Assembly (NCBI GenBank): GCA_003345545.1
Contig: PRDH01000081.1
Coordinates: 32,001 to 96,000, forward strand
Source of the DNA: Candidatus Thorarchaeota archaeon
Lineage (GTDB): Archaea > Asgardarchaeota > Thorarchaeia > Thorarchaeales > Thorarchaeaceae
Direction of reading: 5' to 3'
Length of the DNA stretch: 64,000 nucleotides
The position numbers were made by a program, and so were the translations under genes. The notes beneath the pieces are model-generated. The model saw only the letters and a program-made list of their open reading frames with translations, was not told where the DNA came from and did no database searches. Each line of letters opens with the position of its first letter. Position 1 is the first letter of the stretch. Below are positions 22,012-31,736 of this stretch, piece by piece.

Positions 22012-22437
22012 ATGAAGAGATCAGTTTTGATCATGACTGGGATATCTTTGCTTGCTACTTTGATTGCACTCACTATTGAAGTATACTATATTATTCTTCA
22101 GACTGAACCCATAGAACTCGATGTAAGGACTAGAGGGGTTACGGAAATTCTTCTCTTTCTCATAAGTGCTCCCTTATTTGCTGCAGCCTGGAATTTGAAG
22201 CAGAAGACAGACAAGACTGTAGTGCTCATTCTGATAGCGATTGGGATTCTCGGCGCCAGTGGAACTTGGGTATTTCACGATTCACTTGCAAGTATTTTCT
22301 TTCCGAAATTGTCCATAATCACATTCTTGATCATCGATTTTGCATGGTTTTGTTTTGTTGGCTTCTTTCTATGGGTTCGTCGGTTGGGCACTCCAGCCAA
22401 ACGAGAGCTAGAGAATCCCCTAAAGATAACAAACTAA
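22012..22437 (+). CDS. Hypothetical 4-TM membrane protein
   Basis: 141-aa hydrophobic ORF between two trailer repeats. Confidence 0.7.
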   Translation: MKRSVLIMTGISLLATLIALTIEVYYIILQTEPIELDVRTRGVTEILLFLISAPLFAAAWNLKQKTDKTVVLILIAIGILGASGTWVFHDSLASIFFPKLSIITFLIIDFAWFCFVGFFLWVRRLGTPAKRELENPLKITN

Positions 22438-22440
22438 CGA

Positions 22441-22532
22441 AAAAAAGGAAGGGTGGCTCAACAGCGACAAGCTAAGGGAGAGTTCGACGATTACCTGACC
22501 CCATCGAAAGCCCGCACCTCTGCCTGTCTGAA
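22441..22532 (-). repeat. Diverged copy of the 16S 3' trailer repeat, inverted relative to the 16S gene
   Basis: Reverse complement ttcagacaggcagaggtgcgggctttcgatgggg...tgtcgctgttgagccacccttcctttttt aligns to 36477-36595. Confidence 0.85.
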
Positions 22533-22612
22533 GCAAGGACAAACAAGAGGATGCGCCAGTCTGCTTTGACGTTCGGAATTACAGGTGAAGAATATCATTG
22601 CACTAGCCCAAT

Positions 22613-22696
22613 GAGAGTGGATGTCTCATCGGAGACAAGCCAGCAGCCTGAATGACCTTGAATCCACGGCCTTTAACCGGATTTGGCTACCTCGGC
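22613..22696 (-). pseudogene. 3'-truncated, diverged tRNA-Leu(CAA) copy retaining the 34-nt 37/38 intron
   Basis: Aligns to 21566-21649; lacks T arm and 3' acceptor strand. Confidence 0.85.
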
Positions 22697-22776
22697 CCAT
22701 ATAGCCAGAAATGAATTACCTGTTACTATTTCAATAGTCCTTCGACGAATATTTCTTTCATACTCGTCTTGAATTT

Positions 22777-23289
22777 CTAGTTGGAATCCTCAACAACTGT
22801 TGATTCATCCCATGGAGAATCTAGCTTTTTCACAACTTTGGACACAAGCAGTAGGGCTATTATCCCTGTACTGGGGACGGGGATACACAGGAGAGGGTTT
22901 GTCGAGATTGGGCAAGGAATGAATATCCAAATGATTAGTATATAGACTACCTGCAATAGAAGAACTTGTTCCAAGTATGTATATCTACTCAAGTTTGGAT
23001 TCTTGAATCCACGCCACACATACGTTGCAACAATAATTCCAGGTGAATAGAACGGAAACATGAAGAGAGTTAGCAAGATTGATACGACAATTGGAGAGGT
23101 TGAGTAGGGATTGCTTGGAAGATATGACCATAGACCAGCATAGATGATGATATTCAGGTTGCCCGAAGTGGGAAGTATGATCTTCAGTGGAGTGAGAAGA
23201 TTCCAAATATGCAAGAAGACTGTTGTTCGTGCTGGAGACCACAAGACCATCCCATTATTCCCCTGAACGTTTCGCCCTCGTTTGCCCAT
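22777..23289 (-). CDS. Hypothetical membrane protein (family shared with 38219-38674)
   Basis: Hydrophobic ORF; ...AGLWS...IPVPSTGIIALLL...PW pattern. Confidence 0.65.
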   Translation of the reverse strand: MGKRGRNVQGNNGMVLWSPARTTVFLHIWNLLTPLKIILPTSGNLNIIIYAGLWSYLPSNPYSTSPIVVSILLTLFMFPFYSPGIIVATYVWRGFKNPNLSRYTYLEQVLLLQVVYILIIWIFIPCPISTNPLLCIPVPSTGIIALLLVSKVVKKLDSPWDESTVVEDSN

Positions 23290-23314
23290 CTACGGTCTAA
23301 ACTCCGACGCTAGA

Positions 23315-23347
23315 TGGCTACCTCGCCCATATAGCCAGAACTGAATT
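23315..23347 (-). repeat. Stub of tRNA-Leu 5' end plus upstream flank
   Basis: tggctacctcgcccatatagccagaactgaatt nearly identical to 22684-22717. Confidence 0.75.
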
Positions 23348-23378
23348 GTCTATAGTATTTAGCCATTTCCGTAGAAAA

Positions 23379-23669
23379 TCAGGGACCTTCGAGGTGTGGC
23401 CTGATTATTTCATAGAACTCGGAGATGATCTTGGACTTGGGATCCTCGGTTTCTAGAATGAACAGGCGTATCTGCTGCCCGACCTTGATCTCCTTGACAA
23501 TACCCATGTCAACCAGAGGCTGCATCACACGATGGATGGTAGAATGTGCCAGACCTGTTTCCTTCGCGACTCTACTGAGGTTGAAGAAATCCTTTGGACG
23601 GTCCAAGAAATGCTGGACCACACGTGTCTGAGCTCGGGATGCGAAAACTTTCTCAAGTAACTTCTTCAA
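23379..23669 (-). CDS. Winged-helix DNA-binding protein
   Basis: LSRVAKETGLAHSTIHRVM helix-turn-helix. Confidence 0.8.
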   Translation of the reverse strand: MKKLLEKVFASRAQTRVVQHFLDRPKDFFNLSRVAKETGLAHSTIHRVMQPLVDMGIVKEIKVGQQIRLFILETEDPKSKIISEFYEIIRPHLEGP

Positions 23670-23675
23670 GTCATT

Positions 23676-24377
23676 CTACCTCTGCTTTGCATTATCATAT
23701 ACAACTCGGGTACCAATCTTTTCTCCACGAAAGGCTCGCGAGAAATTGCTTGCATCTGTCCCATCGAAAATGATCGTAGGTATCTTTGATCGCTCAACAA
23801 CCCTAATGGCGACCGGATCGAACAGCTTGTACTCTCCAGCTTTTGTACCTCCGGCTTCGAGTATCTTTCGCAACTTGTCAATGGTGACAGACTCCAGTTT
23901 TACAGCGCCCGTCTTCTTAGGATCTCTGTCATAGACCCCATCGACATTGGTTGCATTAAACAGAATCTCTGCTCGAACAGTTTCGGCTGCTACTGCTGCG
24001 ACTGCATTGGTGGACTGTGCTGGTATCAGGCCTCCCATTAATACAACCTTGTTCAAGTTGACAGCGACTTCAAGCTCATCAAGGGTTTCCACTATCGTCG
24101 GATACGCAATACTGCCAAGGGCTGCGCATAACAGCTCTGCATTGTCCCTAGCTAGTTTAATTCCAAGCCAGTCACACTGAGCCTCGGTTGCTCCGAGAGA
24201 CCGAGCTGCATCTATGAACGTTCGTGCTGGCTTGCCGCCACCGACCACGACAATAATGGAATGGCCCTCTTTCACCAAGGACTTGATGATATTGGCATAG
24301 TCCTTCACTCTATCGACGATTACACTGCCGTCTTTGTCATAGAGGAGAGACCCTCCAAGTTTCAACACTGCTCTCAT
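23676..24377 (-). CDS. pyrH: Uridylate kinase
   Basis: VLKLGGS, VVGGGKPAR and TNVDGVYDRDP motifs; start re-set to MRAVLK. Confidence 0.95.
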   Translation of the reverse strand: MRAVLKLGGSLLYDKDGSVIVDRVKDYANIIKSLVKEGHSIIVVVGGGKPARTFIDAARSLGATEAQCDWLGIKLARDNAELLCAALGSIAYPTIVETLDELEVAVNLNKVVLMGGLIPAQSTNAVAAVAAETVRAEILFNATNVDGVYDRDPKKTGAVKLESVTIDKLRKILEAGGTKAGEYKLFDPVAIRVVERSKIPTIIFDGTDASNFSRAFRGEKIGTRVVYDNAKQR

Positions 24378-24614
24378 GGCAAGTCCTCTTGGTATGCCTT
24401 GTGGATAGTTTTCCTTCTGACCATTAAAGAAGCTTTCTTGAATGCACCAGTTCGCCGAATTTTCGAACACTACCAGTTTTCTCCCAGAATCCCTGTAATG
24501 TCATGCGGGCCACATAGGCAAATAGAACTGACCAAAGCCCTTTTAGGTGGAATAACCTCAGCGAGTCTAAGCGGCGAGAGCCGACCCTTGTTGACATCAA
24601 GGAGATTGATCCTT

Positions 24615-27086
24615 TTGTCGAACTTAGAACCCAAAATCAAGTCCAAACGGTGGACACCTGAATCAGAGGCTGAACTGCTGGAAACTTGGGCAAAGGAAGA
24701 TACATACGAGTTCAATATGGACTCAGGGAAGAAGATCTACACGGTTGATACTCCCCCTCCCTATCTCTCAGGCCCCATGCACGTAGGGCAGGTCACGCAC
24801 TATACACAGATTGACGCTATTGCACGCTACAGACGAATGCAGGGGTTCGAGGTCAATTTCCCACTTGGAATTGATCGTAATGGTCTACCGGTAGAGATTC
24901 GAGTCGAGAAGGATCTCGGTATTAGTATGCACAGGACACCCCGTGATGAGTTTCTCCACCTGTGCAAGAAACGTCTAGATGATGATGAAAAGATAGCTAT
25001 TCGTGCCTTCAAGAGACTTGGAATCGCCTTCAACACGTATGAGGATAGGGGCAGTTATCGTACCGATAGCCCACGATTCAGGGCTGTGACTCAGGCCACG
25101 TTCATTGAGATTTGGAACAAGGGACTCGTGTATTCTGATGTACGTCCAAACAACTGGTGCTTTGAGTGTGGTACAACTATCGCAGATGCTGAAGTGGAGT
25201 ACTCTGAGCGTCAGACTACCCTGAACTATCTACACTTTGAGGTAGAAGGACTTGATCCGATTGAGATTGCTACAACAAGACCTGAGCTACTCTGTGCATG
25301 TGGCGCAGTGTTTGTTCATCCTGATGATGCACGATATTCTGCTTATCATGGAAAGAAAGCCAGGGTTCCAATCTTCAACATTGAAGTACCCATAATAGCA
25401 AGCTCTGCTGCTCAGATGGAGTTTGCCACAGGAGCTCTAATGGTCTGTAGTTATGGTGATCAGGCTGATGTGATGGCTTTCAGAGATCATGCGCTTACTC
25501 CGATTGCTGCTGTTACACCTGAGGGTACAATGACTGAGGCTGCTGGGAAATATGCCGGCATGACGATGGCTGACGCTAGGAAAGCAATTCTGGCTGATCT
25601 CAAGAAGAAGAAACTGCTTATCCGACAGGAACAGACAATGCAGAGGATACCCCTATGCTGGCGTAGTGGTACACCCATTGAGTTCATTGCGATGAACGAG
25701 TATTACGTGAAACAGGTGGAGTTCGTCGAGGACCTGCTGAAGATCGCCAGAGAAATGACCTTCTACCCACCATTTCACAGGCAGATTCTCATTGATTGGC
25801 TCAACAGAGTCACTGTAGACTGGCCAGTCAGCAGACGCAGATACTATGGCACTGAAATCCCAATCTGGTACTGCAAGTCATGCGGAGCGGCTGTTCTTCC
25901 TGAGCTGACTGGAGAGCCTAAGTATTACCAACCATGGCGAGAGAATCCTCCCTTCTCTAAGTGTCCCAAGTGTGGTGTGGAAGAGGGATTCAGAGGAGAA
26001 GAACGCACCTTTGATACATGGATGGACTCGTCTACTACTGGCCTCCAAATCATAGGATTCATGCGTAATGAAAAGCTGTTCAAGAAAGCCTTTGGAAACG
26101 TACTTCGCCCACAGGGAAAGGACATTGTAAGGACTTGGCTCTATTACTCTCTTCTCCGGACTCTGCAGCTGACAGGGAAGCCTGCGTTTAAAGAAGCATG
26201 GATTTCCGGTCATGTAGTGGATGAAAACGGCGAAACAATGAGCAAGTCCAAAGGCAACTCACCACCTCCGATGCCATTCGTCGAGAAGTATGGTGCCGAT
26301 GCGATGCGTATGTTCGGAATTCTTGAGGCTGGACTCGGCAGCGATGTTCGTTTCTCCGAGGATCGCTTGGCTGGAGTATCGAAATTCATGACCAAGCTCT
26401 GGAATATCGCTCGTTTCATCTCGATGTTTCCAATACCCAAAGAGATGGGATTCAAGAAGCTCACTAGTGTGGATCAATGGATTCTTGCAGAACTGAACAA
26501 GGTCTTGGAGCGAATAGTGCCTGAATGTGATCTTCTTGACTTTCACAAGCCCGCAACAGAAGTCCGAGGATTCACTTGGAACTTCTTCGCGGACATTGTC
26601 ATGGAGATGATCAAGGGACGTGCACTCAATACGAACGGCACCTTTTCAGCAGATGAACAGAAATCTGCCTGGTCCACCTTACATGAGGTATTGAAGAAAG
26701 TGACTCGAGCACTGGCTCCAATTACTCCCTTCATCACTGATCGAATCTACAGAGAGCTCTATGATGAGAGAGGAGTTCACAGACAGAGCTATCCCTTAGT
26801 GCGTAAGGACTGGGAGTCAGATTTGACGGAACACACAGTGCTCTTGCTTCAGACAAACCAAGCACTCTGGAAATTCAAGCGTGAGAATGGGATTTCACTG
26901 AGACAGGGACTCCCTGAGGCCTATATCCCAGAGAATCTTAGACCTTGGTCAAAGGACCTTCAGGCAATGCATGGCATTGAGAGAATCAGCTTTGGACAGC
27001 CCAACGATGCCAAGTTTGTGGAAGTCAAGTTTCTTGAGGTGGAAGGTGCAATCTACATTCGTCCCCCGGCAGAGAATAAGACATGA
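24615..27086 (+). CDS. valS: Valine--tRNA ligase (archaeal type)
   Basis: DTPPPY, HVGQ (HIGH-like), TMSKS (KMSKS), DWPVSRRRYYG; TTG start after aggaga. Confidence 0.95.
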   Translation: MSNLEPKIKSKRWTPESEAELLETWAKEDTYEFNMDSGKKIYTVDTPPPYLSGPMHVGQVTHYTQIDAIARYRRMQGFEVNFPLGIDRNGLPVEIRVEKDLGISMHRTPRDEFLHLCKKRLDDDEKIAIRAFKRLGIAFNTYEDRGSYRTDSPRFRAVTQATFIEIWNKGLVYSDVRPNNWCFECGTTIADAEVEYSERQTTLNYLHFEVEGLDPIEIATTRPELLCACGAVFVHPDDARYSAYHGKKARVPIFNIEVPIIASSAAQMEFATGALMVCSYGDQADVMAFRDHALTPIAAVTPEGTMTEAAGKYAGMTMADARKAILADLKKKKLLIRQEQTMQRIPLCWRSGTPIEFIAMNEYYVKQVEFVEDLLKIAREMTFYPPFHRQILIDWLNRVTVDWPVSRRRYYGTEIPIWYCKSCGAAVLPELTGEPKYYQPWRENPPFSKCPKCGVEEGFRGEERTFDTWMDSSTTGLQIIGFMRNEKLFKKAFGNVLRPQGKDIVRTWLYYSLLRTLQLTGKPAFKEAWISGHVVDENGETMSKSKGNSPPPMPFVEKYGADAMRMFGILEAGLGSDVRFSEDRLAGVSKFMTKLWNIARFISMFPIPKEMGFKKLTSVDQWILAELNKVLERIVPECDLLDFHKPATEVRGFTWNFFADIVMEMIKGRALNTNGTFSADEQKSAWSTLHEVLKKVTRALAPITPFITDRIYRELYDERGVHRQSYPLVRKDWESDLTEHTVLLLQTNQALWKFKRENGISLRQGLPEAYIPENLRPWSKDLQAMHGIERISFGQPNDAKFVEVKFLEVEGAIYIRPPAENKT

Positions 27087-27107
27087 TAATGCCCGCTCCA
27101 CTCGATT

Positions 27108-27542
27108 CTATCCCACTGTCACTTCATTTACATGCTCAGTTGGACACTTCATGCTGTTGGACACAAGGCAGTACTTCCCAGCGAGTTCCAACGCTCGTTC
27201 TGCCTTTGGTATGAGATCTTCAGTGTCGACCGTCACCTTTGTTCTCAGAAGAAGCTTGGTGAACTGAAAGCCCTTCTCCACCTTCTCCAGCGTTCCAAGC
27301 CCTTCACAGGCGAATGACTTGAATTCAACGTGTACTTTCTTTGCGAATGTAATGAAGGTTGTCAGGAAACATGAGGTGGCAGCTGCTACAAAGAGGTCCT
27401 CTGGACTGATGATTCCTTCAGGTCCATCGAATTCAGGAGGTGCTGAGATCTGTATCTTGGGTTTTCCTTTTACAGTCAGATCTCCAACCCTACCGTGTGT
27501 CCAATCAATCTTCACAAGATACTCGTGTGACTCGTCACTCAT
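27108..27542 (-). CDS. OsmC-family protein
   Basis: SPEDLFVAAATSC...KYCLVSNS. Confidence 0.9.
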   Translation of the reverse strand: MSDESHEYLVKIDWTHGRVGDLTVKGKPKIQISAPPEFDGPEGIISPEDLFVAAATSCFLTTFITFAKKVHVEFKSFACEGLGTLEKVEKGFQFTKLLLRTKVTVDTEDLIPKAERALELAGKYCLVSNSMKCPTEHVNEVTVG

Positions 27543-27603
27543 CTCTTTCGCCGTAGTTTCTAGCCTTCATCTCCATGAAAAAAGGATTTGGTTCTTGCCG
27601 CAA

Positions 27604-28038
27604 CTACAGAACAACAATCTCAACATCATGTGAGATTGGGCACTTCATACTGTTACCAACAAAACAATACTTCTTTGCTAGCTCTAGGGCCCGACCAATC
27701 TTATCACGAAGCTCTTCGGATTCAATCTGGGCTCTAGCCCTTATCCGAATTCTGGTTATCTCAAAGCTGCGACCGACCTTCTCCAGTGTCCCGACAGCAT
27801 CACATGTGAATGCCTTGAAATCGATGTGCATCTTTCTTGTGAAATCGACGAAGCCATTCATGTAGCAGACTGATGCGGAGGCTACAAAGAGGTCTTCTGG
27901 AGAATGATAGTTCGCCTCCTCAGGATCGCTTGATGAGGTACCAGTTCTTATGACTGCTTTCCCCTCGACTGATAACTTGCCGGTCCTTCCACCGGTCCAG
28001 ACAAGGCTCACAGGAAAAAGTGTTGGCTCTTCACTCAT
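27604..28038 (-). CDS. OsmC-family protein (tandem paralogue)
   Basis: SPEDLFVASASVC...KYCFVGNS. Confidence 0.9.
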   Translation of the reverse strand: MSEEPTLFPVSLVWTGGRTGKLSVEGKAVIRTGTSSSDPEEANYHSPEDLFVASASVCYMNGFVDFTRKMHIDFKAFTCDAVGTLEKVGRSFEITRIRIRARAQIESEELRDKIGRALELAKKYCFVGNSMKCPISHDVEIVVL

Positions 28039-28098
28039 TCAATACACCTATCCTTTCTCTTGCATAGTCCTGAAAAAGCATTTAGGCGTGGCAACGCT

Positions 28099-28872
28099 CT
28101 ATCCCTTTTCGCCCTTGAAGACGGCAAAGAACGGAATTCGATGCTCTCGATCAAAGAACGCATCATCAGCTGTTGGCTGGGGCTCTCTGAAGGCTACGAG
28201 ATTGAAGCCAGAAGCAATTAGCGCATTCAGGTATGTGCCAAGAGTTCTGTGAAAGAAGCTTATTGCTGCTGGAAATCTCTCGCCTGTCCGAGTGGTCCAA
28301 TAACGTTCGTACTCTCTCTCATCAAAGTACTTGTCGACTTTGAAGTACACCCCCTCTCTTCTTCCAGTCTTAGGGTCTTTCTCACCCATCTCCCAAGAAC
28401 CAGGACCATAGAGATTGAAGGCAGGGTGCACGATGGAGAATACAAGATGTCCACCTTCTCGAAGGACTCGGTAGAACTCTCTGAGTGCCTCTCTGAGGCA
28501 TGGAACATTCAGAAGGACTAGATTTGCGAGCACAATGTCGAATTCGTGGTCTGGAATCGAATCCAGATGACATATGTCCGTCGCTCTGTATTCAACGATG
28601 ATTCCCTCGCGCTTTGCCAGGCTCCTAGACGTTTCTATTAGACGCTCAGATAAGTCGACAGCAGTGACAGAAGCTCCCTTCCCTGCGTAATATCGAGATA
28701 GGTATCCCTCTCCACACCCTGCATCAAGGAGCTTCTTGCCCTTGACATCACCGAGGAGCTGCTCGACGCATGGATTCAGAATGTGTCTGTGGTGAGGTGT
28801 ACCACTTTCTGCAATGAGATCCGCGAATGCCTCTGCATTAGCTTCCCACTGCTGTCGAAATCGGTCGTCCAT
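28099..28872 (-). CDS. Class I SAM-dependent methyltransferase
   Basis: LLDAGCGEG motif. Confidence 0.9.
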   Translation of the reverse strand: MDDRFRQQWEANAEAFADLIAESGTPHHRHILNPCVEQLLGDVKGKKLLDAGCGEGYLSRYYAGKGASVTAVDLSERLIETSRSLAKREGIIVEYRATDICHLDSIPDHEFDIVLANLVLLNVPCLREALREFYRVLREGGHLVFSIVHPAFNLYGPGSWEMGEKDPKTGRREGVYFKVDKYFDEREYERYWTTRTGERFPAAISFFHRTLGTYLNALIASGFNLVAFREPQPTADDAFFDREHRIPFFAVFKGEKG

Positions 28873-29095
28873 GAGCTGTCAACCTAGATCGGCTCTTCTC
28901 AAGTTTTCGCTTGCCTAACCATATTCTATCCCAGGCCTTGCGGACCCGTTTTCTGGTCTTCCCAAGTACTGGGCAACGGTCTACTTGATTGCAGGCCCCA
29001 CTTCGGCTGCAATCTCGTTTTCTACGTGAATTCATGACAAATCAGACCAATCAAAATAAGAGGTCGTAGATATCCGTGCATTTTGGTAGTTCAAG

Positions 29096-30298
29096 ATGGT
29101 CATCGACGAACGGCACTCAGATGAAGCAAAAACAGAGAGAAATCCGGCATACGTGCTTGGACTCGCCTCTTTGCTTAATGATACTGGATCTGATATGATT
29201 GCTCCTATCTGGCCTGCCTTTCTTACCACTCAGCTTGGCATAGATCCCGGTGTTGTACAGATGATTGATGGTCTGGCATTGACAGTCACTTCCCTCTCAA
29301 AGCTAGGCGCTGGCTATGCTTCAGACAAAACAGGCAAACGGAAGCCATTCATTGCTCTGGGATATGCCCTGTCGTCTATTGCACGCATAGGATTCATTCT
29401 TGCCACCTTTGGATACCAGTTCTTCCAGATACTCCTCTGGAAGTCTATGGACCGACTTGGCAAAATGCGAGGGCCCCCACGTGATGCAATAGTTGCTGCT
29501 TACGCATCAGAGAAGAAACGGGGACGTACATTTGGTGTACTGCGGGCACTTGACACCACAGGTGCAGTTCTGGGCTCGTTTATTACCCTCCTTCTCTTTG
29601 CCTATTTAGGTTATACGGGGATTATCCTGTTGGCCGTTGTTCCAGGTCTCGGTTCCGTTGTTGTAGTTTCTGCACTTATAAAGGAAAGAAGAGGAAGAGA
29701 TGCCTTCAAGGGGGTGAATTTCCGTGGTCTTGACCGCAATCTTAAGGTATTTCTCGTGGCCTCTGTTCTCTTTGCTCTTGCGACTTTCAGCTACTCACTA
29801 TTGATTCTCTATTCAGCCACTTTTGGGCACACAGTCATTCAACAGACGGCTCTCTATCTGCTGTTCACGATTGTGTACGCTGCCACAGCATACCCCTTTG
29901 GCAGAATCTCGGATAGGGTGGGTCGAAAACCTGTACTAATTGCTGCCTTCCTCTTCTTGATACTGACAGCAGTCTGGGCCTACTCATTCACCACTGATAT
30001 GCTGACTATCGTGCCTCTCTTCATCCTCTTTGGACTGATGAATGGTGCTCTCGATCCTGTTCAGACAAGCCTGGTCGCTGACCTAGTGGAGGAGAAGCGC
30101 CGTGCGAGTGTCATTGGAGCATTTCAAATGGCGATTGGTATGTCCGCGCTTCCTGGGGGACTGATTATTGGATATCTCTGGGATCAATTCAATCCTCAAG
30201 CAGTCTTCCTGTATTCAATCGTTCTCACATTTCTAGCATTGATTCTACTGTTACTCATACGAACGAAAAGGAGCGAACTGGTAACCAGCGCAAGTTGA
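29096..30298 (+). CDS. MFS transporter
   Basis: GYASDKTGKRK and GRISDRVGRK motif A; about 12 TM. Confidence 0.92.
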   Translation: MVIDERHSDEAKTERNPAYVLGLASLLNDTGSDMIAPIWPAFLTTQLGIDPGVVQMIDGLALTVTSLSKLGAGYASDKTGKRKPFIALGYALSSIARIGFILATFGYQFFQILLWKSMDRLGKMRGPPRDAIVAAYASEKKRGRTFGVLRALDTTGAVLGSFITLLLFAYLGYTGIILLAVVPGLGSVVVVSALIKERRGRDAFKGVNFRGLDRNLKVFLVASVLFALATFSYSLLILYSATFGHTVIQQTALYLLFTIVYAATAYPFGRISDRVGRKPVLIAAFLFLILTAVWAYSFTTDMLTIVPLFILFGLMNGALDPVQTSLVADLVEEKRRASVIGAFQMAIGMSALPGGLIIGYLWDQFNPQAVFLYSIVLTFLALILLLLIRTKRSELVTSAS

Positions 30299-30301
30299 AG
30301 A

Positions 30302-30408
30302 TGGTGGACCGGGCGAGATTTGAACTCGCGGCCTTCTGAAGTGTCGGCCTGTGGCTAACACCAGCAAGCTTGCGAATCAGACGATCTACCGGTCTGATCT
30401 ACCGGCCC
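30302..30408 (-). tRNA. tRNA-Ala(CGC) with a 30-nt anticodon-loop intron (30341-30370); CCA encoded
   Basis: GGGCCGG/CCGGTCC acceptor with G3:U70, TCTGA/TCAGA anticodon stem, TTCAAAT T-loop. Confidence 0.93.
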
Positions 30409-30460
30409 ACTGAGATGCTTCTCCGTATGGATTTCTTAAAAGATTGTCTGCTCATATGAA

Positions 30461-30754
30461 TCAGATCTCAATCCCAAATGCCTCGGAGAACCGTTCCATT
30501 CTAAGGAACTCCCGAAGGAACTCTCTGCCTTTCTCTGTCAGCAGGTATGACCGATTGTTACTATCAGGGCCCACCTCTTGCACGAGTGCTTTTTCGACCA
30601 GTTCTTCCAGATATTGGGTCAATCGATCATGGGACAGATTTGCCGCGTAGAGTATCTTAGTCGGGCCTGTGCCTTCCTCCCCCTCACTCTGAATGGCACG
30701 CATCATATCTGCTAGGATGCGCATCTTTGAGCGATAGGGTCGCTTCTTACTCAT
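30461..30754 (-). CDS. Archaeal winged-helix transcriptional regulator
   Basis: RSKMRILADM...TKILYAANLS...YLLTEKG pattern. Confidence 0.88.
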   Translation of the reverse strand: MSKKRPYRSKMRILADMMRAIQSEGEEGTGPTKILYAANLSHDRLTQYLEELVEKALVQEVGPDSNNRSYLLTEKGREFLREFLRMERFSEAFGIEI

Positions 30755-31368
30755 ACGTTTCGGCCTGCCTTATAGAGCATGACCAATAGCGACAAGAAAC
30801 CAAGGAATTGCGCTCCTTGGCTCAACAGATAGAGGCCGGGAGCTGCAGCGACTTGAGCCATCATAATGTGGCTCAATAGGATGAGGAAGAATCCAACTAG
30901 GACATAACGTGCGAACTTGCTACGCGTTGCCAAGTAGTTGAGGATGGCCTGGAGAACCACCACGACTAGTACCAGTATTGCAACGATCTCGAGACTCGGA
31001 TTGACCAGAAAGGTTGCCATCAACAGCATAGTGACACTTGCTGTGTCTTGGTTCTCTGTTTCCCTACGTGTGGGTTTCGTGGAGATTACGAAAATGGCAT
31101 AGGCCATGATTCTGGATACTCCGTAGGCTATTGTGACAATGTCGGAGATTACATCTGTTGGTTCCCTTACAAGAAAATACCATGTCCCAATCACTCGCCC
31201 GAACATGCCTGCAGATAGGACAAGGAATCCAGTAGATAGATCTGAGAGTCTCTTCTCACCAGTCAGTCGATATGCCTTTGTGGCATAGTAAGACACCATC
31301 AAGGCGATTATCCCACTGACTGCTTCAAAGAGTAAGTCTAGTCTGATGATTCCGGGATCTACTTGCAT
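30751..31368 (-). CDS. Hypothetical multi-pass membrane protein, overlapping the wHTH start
   Basis: 6-7 hydrophobic segments; 4-nt overlap with the downstream gene. Confidence 0.75.
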   Translation of the reverse strand: MQVDPGIIRLDLLFEAVSGIIALMVSYYATKAYRLTGEKRLSDLSTGFLVLSAGMFGRVIGTWYFLVREPTDVISDIVTIAYGVSRIMAYAIFVISTKPTRRETENQDTASVTMLLMATFLVNPSLEIVAILVLVVVVLQAILNYLATRSKFARYVLVGFFLILLSHIMMAQVAAAPGLYLLSQGAQFLGFLSLLVMLYKAGRNV

Positions 31369-31494
31369 TGGGTGACGCCTGTCCTATTCTTGTCAGCTTT
31401 GGTCTTATTACTGGTGAATGAATCATCTATGGCTTTTCTCTAATTCGGTGACATAATCCCCTGCTTCAGACGGTCTTTAGTGCGGATACTTCTT

Positions 31495-31511
31495 CTAGAT
31501 GAATCATCTAG
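31495..31511. promoter_or_regulatory. Palindromic candidate operator CTAGATGA-A-TCATCTAG (partial second copy 31418-31429)
   Basis: Perfect 8-bp inverted repeat upstream of the membrane protein/wHTH operon. Confidence 0.45.
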
Positions 31512-31736
31512 TGGTATCGTTCATCGCGCCTTTATATCGAGAATGCACTATACTTAACGTGCAAATCATGGAGCATGCCAAGAAGGCACTTGCATTCGTG
31601 GTTGCACAGATGGGCCGAACTCTCACGGCCCAACACATGATGGAAGAGTTCCGACAACTGCAAGATGAGCAGACAGGTAGACACTGTTTCTGCTTTGAAA
31701 GGCGGAGGAAACTCCGCCCTTCCATCGCCTTTTGTT

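Noticed and set aside
22613-22696. 5' half of a trans-spliced split tRNA
   Set aside because: It extends past the anticodon arm into the variable arm with no evident complementary leader or partner 3' half, and an intact tRNA-Leu(CAA) is 1 kb away.
24261-24614. Long N-terminal extensions making valS and pyrH overlap
   Set aside because: Conserved starts (TTG 24615 with SD; ATG 24377) leave a normal divergent intergenic region.
27108-28038. Tandem OsmC duplication as a novelty
   Set aside because: Ordinary paralogue pair with conserved Cys motifs.
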